A stretch of DNA of 64,000 nt, taken from the NCBI GenBank assembly GCA_038062895.1, contig JBBTWJ010000005.1:67715-131714 (forward strand), given 5' to 3'. The translations under genes and the position numbers were made by a program. The notes under the pieces are model-generated. The model was not told the origin of the DNA, ran no database searches, and saw nothing but the letters and a program-made list of their open reading frames with translations. The stretch's first letter is position 1; each line of letters begins with the position of its first letter. This stretch comes from Patescibacteria group bacterium. GTDB lineage: Bacteria > Patescibacteriota > Microgenomatia > UBA10105 > UBA927. This document shows positions 1-10,769 of the stretch, piece after piece.

Positions 1-1
1 T

Positions 2-766
2 CCTACAACCATGTCTGTCTTTTTCCATGGTGGTATAACGTCTTTCTGGGGTATCCTTAAATTATTTCCCGTTGGGGTTCATGTGGGTGCATCCGTCATA
101 ACGGGCTTAATCGGATTTCTTTTCACCGGCCTTGGGGTAAAGGGAGCAATCGCTGGAGCTTTCGCCCCACAAATACTCATCCTTTTCATAGTCGCAATTG
201 CCGTCATCATGGGTCTTGTACGACTGTTTTTTCTCCTTCTTGATGCTTATATCAATATCATAGTCGCGCTTCTCATCTCGCCTCTCCAACTTATGCTCGA
301 GGCGGTACCAGGAGTGGATGCTTTCGGGTCGTGGATAAAAAACCTCATAAGCAAATTGCTTGTGTTCCCTGTGACTGTCGCCCTTCTGCTCATCACATTC
401 TATCTGACAACAATCGGCGATACGGGAGAGCTCTGGGCTCCACCGCTTCTTTGGGGATCACCAGCTTCGTCTTCAGAAGGGCTTTCGGGATTGATCGCGC
501 TTGGCATGCTTTTATCTATTCCAACAATTGTCGGTGGTCTCCAAAAACTTCTCAAGGCTGAGCCCGTGGTCCCGGCTGGGATTGGTCCGATATTGGGCCC
601 CATGACCAGTGGCTTGGGACAACTCATCAATCTCTACTATCAGTTCAGCATGATCAAGGCGTACTCAAAGAAAGAACACGCGCCACCCGCCATGTCCTCA
701 GCCATGGGCGCCGGGAAACAAGATCTGGGAAGTCTGATCAAGGGCGGCGGGGGCGAGCAACATTAA
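2..766 (+). CDS. C-terminal part of polytopic membrane protein, VirB6/TrbL-like (5' end outside window)
   Basis: Frame open from window start; several hydrophobic helices; lies in VirB4/VirD4/PrgI cluster. Confidence 0.55.
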   Translation, partial: PTTMSVFFHGGITSFWGILKLFPVGVHVGASVITGLIGFLFTGLGVKGAIAGAFAPQILILFIVAIAVIMGLVRLFFLLLDAYINIIVALLISPLQLMLEAVPGVDAFGSWIKNLISKLLVFPVTVALLLITFYLTTIGDTGELWAPPLLWGSPASSSEGLSGLIALGMLLSIPTIVGGLQKLLKAEPVVPAGIGPILGPMTSGLGQLINLYYQFSMIKAYSKKEHAPPAMSSAMGAGKQDLGSLIKGGGGEQH

Positions 767-773
767 AACATCA

Positions 774-3700
774 TCAATGACTTGATTTCTTCTCTTCTAT
801 GGACTGCGTGGCCGCCAACGCAATGGTGGCAAGGAGCACAACCCACCAATATTTACGCACCATCCCCAACAGTCGCCAATCCACCGTCGTTTTAAATTCT
901 TTGCGCAATTTATTGGCGTAGGTTGCATTAAACAGTCCATCATTTTGGGCGGTCACAATAAGTCGTTCGATCTCCCGTTCATCAAAAGCATTCCCTTCGG
1001 ATCCATCATAGCGGACGGAATACGATAACGCTTCCGCCACAGAATGTGGAAATTTTTCGATGTGCTTTTCTGATATTTCTTTCCAATGCGGGATAATCCG
1101 TTTAAACAGCGCATGGTTTTTCATATCGCTCCAGTCTGCTTCGGCAAAAAGCCGAACAAGAGTCGTTGCGCCGGGAATGGCCTGAAGGTTTAAGGCTCGA
1201 TTCCGGTTAAACTCGATAAACACACGGAACATTTCATACGTTGCATTATCTGCGGTGACGGGATCCGCGTAGTCCTGAATCGCCGCACGGTATTCTTTCA
1301 GTTTTTTTATGGTTTCCATCGGGTCATTCGGGGATATGAAATCCACGTTGGAAAGAAGCCCAATCCACGCGTCGCGTGCCCGCGCCATCGCTTCCATGTC
1401 GCGACCCCGCCGGTCCATGGCGATAAGGCCGAGCTGAAAAAAGTTGGCGTCTTTCCAGTTAAAGTCCGAGAGCATGAGCGTCATCGGAAATTCATGTTCC
1501 ACCCATGCATCGCGAAGGCTTTTGTGGAGAAGCGCTTTTCTCCCGTCTTTTTTATCAATTTTTCTTTCATGTTCAAATACTTCTTTTAAATCGTGAAGCA
1601 CTTCCTGATAATTATGTGCCCGTGCTTCCGGCACCCCCATCTGCTTTAAAAAGGGCATGACGTGCTCGGTAAATCCTTCTTTACTCGTCAGGTCCACGTG
1701 AACCACTTTAAGCTTTTCGTTGTCCCAAAGCTTCATCTCCGCCATGGAGAGCGCCCTCTGAAAAACCTGCAAGTCTTCCGCGTTCATGTTGTGAATCTTC
1801 AAGACCATATCCCTGTCTTTTCCGAGGAGTTGTAAAAATTTGGATGGCGTGCGCTCCATCATGAGGTTAAAAATACGCAACCGTTCGTCCCTCTTGTCCG
1901 TTCCAGCTAATAGAAGTTGGATTCCAAGCGCCTGGTTGTCCAGTATTGCCCCGTCCGGTAATGTGTCTTTGAGGCGCAAAAAGCGGCTGCGGATTTCGTC
2001 AAGCACGCCCTTCTCAAGCCGCCACGCCGACCCATCAAAAGACCCACCGCCTTTAAAAAACCCTTGACTGAGTATTTCGGTAAACGGAATACCGACGTCT
2101 TCTTCGGCAAACTTGAGATACGCGCGCGATAACTTGGCACCAGGCGAGTGATCAAAATAATGCTCTTCATCTTTCGTCCATGATTCAATCTGTTTCGTAT
2201 CGTATTTTTTGGCCCTAAGGAGATTGCGTTGAAGGATGTTTCTTGCTACTTTGCCCCGTTCATACCCCATGCCGAACCGGTGCATAAACAGGTCGGGATT
2301 AAAAATGCGCTGGTATTCTTCAAAGGCCGGAGAGCGCATAACATCTTTGCCGGTGGCTTGATATTCGATAGCCGGCCGGATGCCCATAAATGCACTGATT
2401 GCCGGCAGATGGGCGCTGCCGATCATGGCCTGACGGGCGGCCCAGATCGCGCGCTTGATCTTCCATTCCGGCACCTTCTCGCCCCTTGAATCGAGGTAAA
2501 TTTTGAGCCGCTCATAGACCTCGCGGTCCACGCGGGAGTAACTGAAATTTTTATCCAAATCTTTGAGATTGCCTTCGGATTTGCCGTTGTTTTTATAGAA
2601 CTTCTCAGCGCGAAGCGGTATCTCGCGGGTGAGGCGGTCAAATTCAAACTGTTCGGCTTCGTTGAGTTTGACGCCGGAAGCGACTTTTTTGTCGAGCATA
2701 ATCTTTTGCCGCTCCATAGCCTGAAGCTCCATGCCCAGTTGGGAATAGTTGATGACATCCTCGTCCCAAAGCATCACTCCGCCCCGGGCGGTATCCATGG
2801 CCTCCCCTATCTCGGACATAAGCAACTGTTGGTCTTTTGTAAGAAGACCAGTGTTATTTTTTTCCTTTAACACGTTGAATAATTCATCCCTTTTGATGTT
2901 GCCGCCGAATGGATTAGCCACTTCTTCTTTAAGCCAAACGAGCTTGGCTTGATAATCGGCTCTGCGGTCGTTGAGGATGTCCATGACTGCCTGCTCATAC
3001 ATGGGCATGGCGTAGTTAGCATAGTCAAAATTGCGGACATAAAACTCGAGATCGTCACCCGTAAGCATCCGGAACCAACGCGTCTTATCTTTCGCGTCAC
3101 CGGGTTGATACAAAATACCGGTCACGATGGCCTGGTGACGTCCGAAGTCTTTCCAAAGATAACGATATGTCTGAACTGTGGCTGAGTCCGCTCCATACGC
3201 CCACTCAATATACTTCTCAAACTCATTCCACTCGGACATCTCCGGCAAGTCCGGCTGGGCCCGCTCGCGACCAAAACCATATATTTTATTTAAGAACCGG
3301 TGCGCCCACTCGTCGACCCCCTCGTCACCTTTTCTGAGTAACTTCGCATCATCCGGAGAAATATATCCGAACTGTCCAAACTCATCTCCATCTGCGTGCT
3401 GAGCCGGCTTACTAAAGTTATCTTTTATATCCCCCCAACGGACTGTTTCCACCTCCTGGCCTCGCCTGTTGCGGCGAATCTTTTCCATTTCAAATTCATT
3501 CTGCTTTGATTCCCGAATGACATCGGTCAATCTTCTCACTGATTCTTTTACCTGTTCAGGGGGTAAATTTTTTGCAACACCTTCTTCTTTGATTTTTTGT
3601 ATGTGCTCGGCGATTTTATGAGTGTCATGAAGCGCCCCCTCGTCATACCGCAGCATCTGTTGATATGCCTTTAATTTCTCGTCAAGCCCGCTGCCGGCAA

Positions 3701-4217
3701 GGGCATCTCCCCCGTCCGCATCATACAACCGGTCCACCGCCGACCATTGAGAGAGTACTTCTCCCTGAAGGCGGAGGTCTGCAAGCGATGCGTGCTCTGC
3801 GGTAATTCTTCGTAGGTATTTGTTGGCTTCTTTGGCAGTGTCCGTTCCCGGGCCGGACTCATCCATGATATGCAGAAGCTTCTCCCCAACCCGACGCATG
3901 GCCGCCGGATCGGCAAGCACTTCTTCTGGTGCGTCAATAATTTCTTGAACCACGCTTAACACTCTGGCGTCACGGGGGCGGTCTCCCTCCTTCACAATTT
4001 TTTTGGTTGATTCCGGCACGCCCTTGGTGAGCCTTTCGGCAAGTGCCTTAAGTTTGTCGGTTGCTGCCTCTACAAAACTCTTTTTTTCGGGGTGTATCGG
4101 AAGATCCCCAAGCTCGTGGGCGCCCGGCGGGATAGCCCCCTCCACGGGAACATCACCGCTTCCTAATGCTCGGGCTACCGACTCTGCGACTCGCTTCAGT
4201 GTTTCTTCTCCGGCCAT
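774..4217 (-). CDS. Large helical hypothetical protein (1147 aa) with C-terminal membrane anchor
   Basis: Long ORF, charged helical composition, C-terminal YWWVVLLATIALAA; directly downstream of VirD4-like gene. Confidence 0.8.
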   Translation of the reverse strand: MAGEETLKRVAESVARALGSGDVPVEGAIPPGAHELGDLPIHPEKKSFVEAATDKLKALAERLTKGVPESTKKIVKEGDRPRDARVLSVVQEIIDAPEEVLADPAAMRRVGEKLLHIMDESGPGTDTAKEANKYLRRITAEHASLADLRLQGEVLSQWSAVDRLYDADGGDALAGSGLDEKLKAYQQMLRYDEGALHDTHKIAEHIQKIKEEGVAKNLPPEQVKESVRRLTDVIRESKQNEFEMEKIRRNRRGQEVETVRWGDIKDNFSKPAQHADGDEFGQFGYISPDDAKLLRKGDEGVDEWAHRFLNKIYGFGRERAQPDLPEMSEWNEFEKYIEWAYGADSATVQTYRYLWKDFGRHQAIVTGILYQPGDAKDKTRWFRMLTGDDLEFYVRNFDYANYAMPMYEQAVMDILNDRRADYQAKLVWLKEEVANPFGGNIKRDELFNVLKEKNNTGLLTKDQQLLMSEIGEAMDTARGGVMLWDEDVINYSQLGMELQAMERQKIMLDKKVASGVKLNEAEQFEFDRLTREIPLRAEKFYKNNGKSEGNLKDLDKNFSYSRVDREVYERLKIYLDSRGEKVPEWKIKRAIWAARQAMIGSAHLPAISAFMGIRPAIEYQATGKDVMRSPAFEEYQRIFNPDLFMHRFGMGYERGKVARNILQRNLLRAKKYDTKQIESWTKDEEHYFDHSPGAKLSRAYLKFAEEDVGIPFTEILSQGFFKGGGSFDGSAWRLEKGVLDEIRSRFLRLKDTLPDGAILDNQALGIQLLLAGTDKRDERLRIFNLMMERTPSKFLQLLGKDRDMVLKIHNMNAEDLQVFQRALSMAEMKLWDNEKLKVVHVDLTSKEGFTEHVMPFLKQMGVPEARAHNYQEVLHDLKEVFEHERKIDKKDGRKALLHKSLRDAWVEHEFPMTLMLSDFNWKDANFFQLGLIAMDRRGRDMEAMARARDAWIGLLSNVDFISPNDPMETIKKLKEYRAAIQDYADPVTADNATYEMFRVFIEFNRNRALNLQAIPGATTLVRLFAEADWSDMKNHALFKRIIPHWKEISEKHIEKFPHSVAEALSYSVRYDGSEGNAFDEREIERLIVTAQNDGLFNATYANKLRKEFKTTVDWRLLGMVRKYWWVVLLATIALAATQSIEEKKSSH

Positions 4218-4271
4218 AATGATCTTCCTCTTGTTGCATTTTACCCTGCCGGGGATGAATAAACAAACAAT

Positions 4272-6464
4272 TTATTCTTTTATGCTGCTCCCGTATCGCT
4301 CGCGTGAGCTGCGGATGACTTTTTCACGATTCTGATTTCTTGATCGCGGGAGGGGCAAGGTCGTGGCCGAAAACGGAAGACTCGTTTGGTTATCGATAGA
4401 TAATTTGAGAAGAATTTGATAATTGCCCAAAGACACAAGCTCTGCTTCTGTATATTTTTCCCCAAACTCGCGGCTTAACGCCCGGGCGTCGGCCGCTCCC
4501 ACTCCAAATGAAACGATCGACCCCGCATTACCAAAGATGGCTTTTTGGACCTCCTCGTCTATCTGGCCAATATATTGGTTGGCAAGCGTCAAGCATAGCC
4601 GATACTTGCGCGCTTCGGAAAGAATTTTGATAAACGAGTTGGTCGCGAAATTTTGGAACTCATCGACGTAAAGATAAAAGTCTTTACGATCCTCTTCCGC
4701 CTGGTATACGCGGTTCATGGCAGCAAGCTGGATCTTGGTAATAATCATGGCGCCAAGAAGCGCGCTGTTATCCTCCCCGAGCTTGCCCTGGGAAAGATTC
4801 ACCAACACGATTTTTCCGTCATTCATCATCGTCTCCAGGTCTACGGTTGATTTGGAGTGACCGACGATATTCCTAATCGTCTGGGAAGAGAGAAATTGGC
4901 CTACCTTGTTTAATATCGGCGATATCGCTTCGCTGCGAAGCTGCGGCGACATTTTATTAAATTCATTGACCCAATAATTTTTGAGGACCTGGTCGGGAAG
5001 CTTATCAACCACGCCCGCGCGATACTTATCATTGGTCAGAAGCTCCGGCACTCCGAGAAGCGTCGACCCGGGGACGTACAGAAGCGTCAAAATGGTGTTT
5101 CGTAAAATATACTCGAGCCGCGGCCCCCAACTGTAACTGTAGAGTTTGTAAAAAATTGAGACAATACCGGAGGCCACAAGCTCCCGAAATGCTTCGTTTT
5201 TCACCTCCAGAGGATTGAGGTGAAACGGATGCTCGCTATCGGACGGATCCAGATATGCCACGTCGTTAATCCGGTGAGACGGCACGTAATCCAAGATGAT
5301 GTCGATGAGGTCTCCGTGCGGGTCAACCACGGCGACTCCTTCGCGGTTTTTCATGTCGCCCACGACCAAGTTGGCGATCATGGTCGATTTGCCCGTCCCC
5401 GTTTTTCCGACGACGTACACGTGCTTCCTCCGATCATCTTTCTTGATGCCAAACGTCGCCGGTTTATTGCGAAATTCCGTACGGGCAAAAAAGTTAATCC
5501 GTGCCCTCTCCTCTTCGCTGTCGGTAGAAATAGGTAAATTTTCCGGCGCTTCACTGGTGAGTTTCTCCCCCCACGCGATATTTTTTATCATCGCAAGACT
5601 CATGCCCGGCGGATGCCAAAGGCTCGCTAGCTCCGCGGCCCCAAAAATTTGGTTTTTCGGAGAGCCATCGGACGCGCGGGCGACAAACGCCGCCTCGGTG
5701 CGCTTTTTTTGCCAAAACGGGGGTTGAGCGGCGTGAAGACTGTTTCCTTCGCCAAGAGCGAATGCGCCGTATGATCCGACGAGGTCGTGAATAAGTGACC
5801 AAGCCCGATCCTGGTCCCCCGCTACCGCAACGACCCGAAAAGCGACCGTAAAGCCTGTTTGATTTATTTTCGACTCGATAAGCCGCGCGTGCGGATGGGC
5901 TTTCGTGCGGCCAAGGGTCGATGAAAGATCCGGAATGCCCGCAGCGACTGTCCGGGCGGCTGACTGCTGCCATCCGGAACCCGCGGGGGCCACACGCAGC
6001 TGTACGGAAACCGCTTCACCCTTGGGGAGTTGAGCGAGTTGACCCAAAAGACCGGCGAGCATGTCCAGATCGCGCACGTCTTTGTAGGTTTTCAGAGGAT
6101 AATAATATGCGTTACCTAATGTAAGGTGGGCCACCGCATGAGGAAGAGACAAAAAGTGCGGGGCGTAATCAGGGACAGGGGCGAGCATCATCTTGGGGTA
6201 ATGTGCGGCAAGCTGACTTTCTAAAAATACGGCAACCCCTTTGGGGGCAACAATAAAAAAATGAATAGCGCTATTGACAGACGCCAGCTCAAAACTCGCC
6301 CATCGCGCCGCCGCCGCGTGGCCCCCGCCAAAAAGAGACTCAAAAAATCCGCGGTGTGCCCCCCCAGTCCCCAGGGCGGCAAACACTTGCTCCATGGCCT
6401 CCGGTGTTTCTTCGCTCTCTCTATTATTTTTAAGCTCAAGAATAGATATGGCTTCAGAATCCAT
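4272..6464 (-). CDS. Type IV secretion coupling protein, VirD4/TraD/TrwB family ATPase
   Basis: Walker A GKTGTGKS, DPHGD, Walker B LYVDEFQNF, SEARKY, ANQY motifs; start placed at MDSEAI. Confidence 0.9.
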   Translation of the reverse strand: MDSEAISILELKNNRESEETPEAMEQVFAALGTGGAHRGFFESLFGGGHAAAARWASFELASVNSAIHFFIVAPKGVAVFLESQLAAHYPKMMLAPVPDYAPHFLSLPHAVAHLTLGNAYYYPLKTYKDVRDLDMLAGLLGQLAQLPKGEAVSVQLRVAPAGSGWQQSAARTVAAGIPDLSSTLGRTKAHPHARLIESKINQTGFTVAFRVVAVAGDQDRAWSLIHDLVGSYGAFALGEGNSLHAAQPPFWQKKRTEAAFVARASDGSPKNQIFGAAELASLWHPPGMSLAMIKNIAWGEKLTSEAPENLPISTDSEEERARINFFARTEFRNKPATFGIKKDDRRKHVYVVGKTGTGKSTMIANLVVGDMKNREGVAVVDPHGDLIDIILDYVPSHRINDVAYLDPSDSEHPFHLNPLEVKNEAFRELVASGIVSIFYKLYSYSWGPRLEYILRNTILTLLYVPGSTLLGVPELLTNDKYRAGVVDKLPDQVLKNYWVNEFNKMSPQLRSEAISPILNKVGQFLSSQTIRNIVGHSKSTVDLETMMNDGKIVLVNLSQGKLGEDNSALLGAMIITKIQLAAMNRVYQAEEDRKDFYLYVDEFQNFATNSFIKILSEARKYRLCLTLANQYIGQIDEEVQKAIFGNAGSIVSFGVGAADARALSREFGEKYTEAELVSLGNYQILLKLSIDNQTSLPFSATTLPLPRSRNQNREKVIRSSRERYGSSIKE

Positions 6465-6496
6465 GAAGTAATCATAGCAGAGCAAAGTTAATTACA

Positions 6497-6534
6497 TAAG
6501 GCCACCCCTTGCGGCTCTGCAAGGGGTGGCCTTA
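6497..6534. other. Perfect 16-bp inverted repeat (hairpin) in divergent intergenic region
   Basis: TAAGGCCACCCCTTGC-ggctct-GCAAGGGGTGGCCTTA. Confidence 0.75.
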
Positions 6535-6755
6535 GAAAACAAAAGCTGTGAAAACTAAAAAGTGGAGTTTTCACGGTCCTGATGCGCTTCGTCATACTTG
6601 ATCCCCACATAAATCCAGCTTACAATGATTTTACGACGCTCATACGTCTTATTTATAAACAACCATTGATAAGCACATGATTTAGAAACGCGATATACAC
6701 ATGATTATCATGTGCTGATCACGTGTTTTTCATCACGCGCTCATCTCTCGTATTC

Positions 6756-8096
6756 ATGGAACAACATCCGGTTCCTCAAAACGTCACGACGTTTCAGTTT
6801 CGGCTGATCGGTGACATGACCATCAAGCAGTTCGGTTACTTGGCCGGCGGCATCATCGCGGCGTACGTCTGCTACAAGCTTCCTCTGCCTTTTTTCTTTA
6901 CATGGCCCCTTGCTGTGACCTGTGGACTTTTAGGCTTTGGCCTGGCCTTTGTACCCGTCGAGGAACGGCCCATGGACGTTTGGATTGCGTCGTTTTTTCG
7001 AAACATCTACAGCCCCACACAATGGGTTTGGTCCCGCGAAGCGAGATCCGGCTCCGCCGGACAAAAATCCGTAACTCACGAATTGCCCATGACCACGACG
7101 CGGGTCTCCTCGGCGCATCACACATCAATAATTGATCAAACCATGAGGGCCTTCTCTTCAACAAAACCCAGTCCTCGTTCGACTGCTCCCACAATGACCG
7201 CGCCACATCCCACCTTCTCAACGAGAATGGCGACGGCACCATTATTGAGCGGAAAACCCATGATAACAATTCACGCCCACACGGGTTGGGTTGAATGGCT
7301 TGAGGCACTGTTTCATGATAAATCCAAGCCGTCGCCGAGGCTGTCGCCAGGACTTTCTTTTACGGATGCCCTTGCTTTTAAACAAAAACCGTCTATTGTT
7401 GGCACCCGCGTTGCGCCAACTACACAGCCACAACAAGCGCCCCTACCAACGCCAAAACCCGCAAGCGCTCCTCCTGTGGCGGTGGCGGCGCAACAGGCCC
7501 AGGCGCCCGTGCGGGCGCCACAATCACCAGAGACGCACGATCGCGTCGCCCTGCTGCAAAATCAATTATCAGAAATGATGCGTGACCGCGAACGGCTACA
7601 AGGGGAACTTCTCACAATGAGACAGCACGCAGAGGGTCGCCAACCAACAACCCCTCTCCCGCCTTCACGACAGGCCTCCGTGATGAGACCGCCCGCCGCC
7701 CCATCCACCCCCACCGTCAGAGTTATCTCACCCGCAGCAGCAACAGGGGCGGGGCTTCCCCGATTGACTACGTTTCCTAACATTGTCACAGGAATCATCA
7801 AAGACCAGTACGGCAACCTCCTCCCCGGCATGCTCATCACGGTACGCGACCGCAACGACGTGCCCCTTCGGGCGCTTAAGACCAACCGTCTCGGCCAGTT
7901 CGCCGCATCCACACCACTTCCGGACAACACCTATGTCGTAGACATTGAGGATCCTAAAGCTTCGTTTATATTTGACAAAGCTCAAATTCAACTCGCCGGC
8001 GCCATCGCCCCACCCCTTGAGATCACTGCGAAAAGCCAAAAACAGGTGGAGCGAGACCGTCTGGCTAAGGAGATATTTGGAAACCAAATGCAATAA
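6756..8096 (+). CDS. PrgI-family membrane protein with Pro-rich linker, coiled coil and C-terminal carboxypeptidase-regulatory-like beta domain
   Basis: MEQHPVPQNVTTFQFRLIGDMTIKQF N-terminus with two TM helices; C-terminal GIIKD...LKTNRLGQF. Confidence 0.8.
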   Translation: MEQHPVPQNVTTFQFRLIGDMTIKQFGYLAGGIIAAYVCYKLPLPFFFTWPLAVTCGLLGFGLAFVPVEERPMDVWIASFFRNIYSPTQWVWSREARSGSAGQKSVTHELPMTTTRVSSAHHTSIIDQTMRAFSSTKPSPRSTAPTMTAPHPTFSTRMATAPLLSGKPMITIHAHTGWVEWLEALFHDKSKPSPRLSPGLSFTDALAFKQKPSIVGTRVAPTTQPQQAPLPTPKPASAPPVAVAAQQAQAPVRAPQSPETHDRVALLQNQLSEMMRDRERLQGELLTMRQHAEGRQPTTPLPPSRQASVMRPPAAPSTPTVRVISPAAATGAGLPRLTTFPNIVTGIIKDQYGNLLPGMLITVRDRNDVPLRALKTNRLGQFAASTPLPDNTYVVDIEDPKASFIFDKAQIQLAGAIAPPLEITAKSQKQVERDRLAKEIFGNQMQ

Positions 8097-8197
8097 AAAT
8101 AACGAAATAAACGAATAATGGAATAAACGAATAAGCTAATGAATAATTTATTCGAAATTCTATTATTTCATTATTCAATTATTCATTTATTCGCTTA
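8097..8197. repeat. Degenerate 8-mer tandem repeats (AATAAACG-like) followed by inverted copies (TTATTC-like)
   Basis: aataacga aataaacg aataatgg aataaacg ... attattca attattca tttattcg. Confidence 0.7.
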
Positions 8198-8203
8198 TTA
8201 CTC

Positions 8204-8905
8204 ATGACACAACCCATCATACCCATCCGCTCAACCACGCAGGCATTCACGGAAATCGTGGACATTGACCGCGACGTCGTTCTATTTGTCGATGGATCCT
8301 GTGCCATAGTCATCTCCACGACCGCCGTAAACTTTGGTCTTCTCTCGGAAAAGGAACAAGAGGCCATCATCTACGCATATGCGGGACTCCTCAATTCGTT
8401 GTCGTTTCCCATACAAGTGCTCATCCGATCTCAACATAAAGACATATCATCGTATCTTAAGCTTCTCGAGGACCAGGAGATGAAACAGAAAAACCCGCGT
8501 CTTGCCAAAAATATCGCCAACTACCGCGCGTTTGTGGCATCAACCGTCAAAGAAAAGGACGTGCTCGATAAAAAATTTTATATCGTCATCCCGTTTTCAA
8601 GCCTCGAACTTGGATCTTCTACAAAAGTCCTTTTTGGCAGCAAAAGCCGCGGGCTGCCGTATGACAAAGAATATATTTATGAAAAAGCCATAACCGTACT
8701 TACCCCAAAAAAAGATCAGATTATGCGACTCGTTTCGCGCATAGGTCTCCAAGGTAAACAACTCACCAACGATCAGCTTACACGATTATTTTTTTCTGTC
8801 TACAACCCCGGTGTGCCACAACCGGAGCAAATTAATCCGACCAATTTAACCAATAACCCAATCCGACCAATGAATGAAAATCGGATTGATCAAATTAACA
8901 CATGA
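8204..8905 (+). CDS. T4SS-associated protein resembling VirB4 N-terminal region
   Basis: VNFGLLSEKEQEAIIYAY...LNSLSFPIQ; overlaps VirB4 start (ATGA). Confidence 0.7.
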   Translation: MTQPIIPIRSTTQAFTEIVDIDRDVVLFVDGSCAIVISTTAVNFGLLSEKEQEAIIYAYAGLLNSLSFPIQVLIRSQHKDISSYLKLLEDQEMKQKNPRLAKNIANYRAFVASTVKEKDVLDKKFYIVIPFSSLELGSSTKVLFGSKSRGLPYDKEYIYEKAITVLTPKKDQIMRLVSRIGLQGKQLTNDQLTRLFFSVYNPGVPQPEQINPTNLTNNPIRPMNENRIDQINT

Positions 8906-10767
8906 ATATAAAAAAAGCATTCAAACAGTTTATCAACCCCATGCCCGAGGATGTGGCGGTCAAACATGACCCTGCCGCCCCCCTTGAGGCACGAGACATG
9001 ATCGCGCCACCCACCATTCAAGTGGACTTTGACCACATCAAGGTGGGTGATCAATTTCACAGAACACTCTTTGTGGTGGGTTACCCGAGGTTCGTCACCG
9101 CCAACTGGCTTGAGCCGCTTATTTCATTTAACCATACGCTTGATGTTTCTATGTATATCTACCCCACACGGTCTGAAGAAATTCTTGAAAATCTCAAGCG
9201 GAAAATCGGTGAGATGGAGGCCACCATACAGTCCGATATGAAACGCGGCAGGGCTATTGAGCCGTCCGTCCAGGTGTCTCTTGAAGACGCGCTTGGTCTC
9301 CAGCAAGAGCTTGCCAAGGGCGCAGAGCGGTTTTTCCAGTTCGGTCTTTACATCACAATCCCTGCACGCACCATAGAGGAATTGGATAAAGTCACCAAGC
9401 AGGTAGAGGCCACCATGGGATCACTCCTCATCATCACAAAAAAAGCCGTACTTGCTATGGACGAAGGATTCCGGACTACCCTCCCTATGGGGCAAGACAG
9501 AATAATGGTCACCCGCAACATGGACACGACCACGCTGGCGACCACGTTCCCTTTTACCACGTCTGAACTTTCTGCAAACGAAGGGATCCTCTACGGCATG
9601 AATGAGCACAATGGAAGTTTAATAATTTTCGACCGGTTTACTTTAGAGAACGCAAACATGGTGGTGTTTGGCAAATCCGGAAGTGGAAAGTCGTTCATGG
9701 TGAAACTTGAGGCCATGCGCAGCCTTATGTTTGACACCGAAGTCATCATCATTGACCCGGAAAACGAATATGAATCCATGACCCACGCGCTTGGGGGCGA
9801 ATATATCCGCTTTCATTTTGGTACGACGACAAAAATCAATCCGTTTGACCTGGCACTTCTTCGCGCCGGAAGCGGCGAAAGCGAGCTCAATCAAAAAATC
9901 CTCGCGCTTCACGGATTTTTCCGGGTCGTCATGGGGACGCTCACACCCACAGAAGACGCACTTATTGACCGGGCTCTCATCCTCACCTACAAACAGCGTG
10001 GCATTACGCCAGACCCGGCAACACAGGGGCGCGAGCCACCACTCATGGAGGATTTATATAAATCGCTCATCGGCATGGAAGAACCGCTAGCGCGGGGCCT
10101 GGCTGACCGCATAGAAAAATTTGTAAAGGGGAGCCTGGTGGGAATATTTGACCAACAAACCAACGTGGAGATACGAAACCCTCTCACGGTGTTCTCCATA
10201 CGCGACCTAGAGGAGGAGCTTCGCCCTATCGCGATGTATCTCATTCTTGATTTTATCTGGACCAAGGTAAGGCGAGACCTAAAGCGCCGGCTTCTTATTG
10301 TCGACGAAGCGTGGTATATGATGAAGTTTCCGGACTCGGCCTACTTTATGAACTCTATTGCTAAAAGGGCGCGCAAATATTATCTAGGCGTCACCACCAT
10401 ATCCCAAGACGTCGAGGATTTTCTTGGCACAGACCTCGGTCGCGCGATCATCCAAAACAGCAGCCTACAGGTCCTTCTCAAACAATCGCCTGCCGCCATA
10501 GACCGCATCGCGGAGGCATTTTTTCTCTCTGAAGGAGAAAAACACCTCCTTCTCTCCGCTGACATTGGCGAGGGGCTCTTTTTTGCCGGACCAGCCCACG
10601 CTGCCATGCGCGTCATCGCAAGCCCAATTGAACACGACCTGGTCACCACTAAGCCGCAGGAGCTTATTGCTCAATCACAAAAAATAAAATCTGAAGAGCG
10701 GCTGCTGCCCACGTCTAACCGCCCCCTTTTTACCGTGGAGGCGGTGACGGGCAATAACGGACAATAA
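8902..10767 (+). CDS. virB4: VirB4/TraC-like type IV secretion ATPase
   Basis: Walker A GKSGSGKS, IIDPENEY, LLIVDEAW, RARKY, TISQ motifs. Confidence 0.9.
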   Translation: MNIKKAFKQFINPMPEDVAVKHDPAAPLEARDMIAPPTIQVDFDHIKVGDQFHRTLFVVGYPRFVTANWLEPLISFNHTLDVSMYIYPTRSEEILENLKRKIGEMEATIQSDMKRGRAIEPSVQVSLEDALGLQQELAKGAERFFQFGLYITIPARTIEELDKVTKQVEATMGSLLIITKKAVLAMDEGFRTTLPMGQDRIMVTRNMDTTTLATTFPFTTSELSANEGILYGMNEHNGSLIIFDRFTLENANMVVFGKSGSGKSFMVKLEAMRSLMFDTEVIIIDPENEYESMTHALGGEYIRFHFGTTTKINPFDLALLRAGSGESELNQKILALHGFFRVVMGTLTPTEDALIDRALILTYKQRGITPDPATQGREPPLMEDLYKSLIGMEEPLARGLADRIEKFVKGSLVGIFDQQTNVEIRNPLTVFSIRDLEEELRPIAMYLILDFIWTKVRRDLKRRLLIVDEAWYMMKFPDSAYFMNSIAKRARKYYLGVTTISQDVEDFLGTDLGRAIIQNSSLQVLLKQSPAAIDRIAEAFFLSEGEKHLLLSADIGEGLFFAGPAHAAMRVIASPIEHDLVTTKPQELIAQSQKIKSEERLLPTSNRPLFTVEAVTGNNGQ

Positions 10768-10769
10768 TC

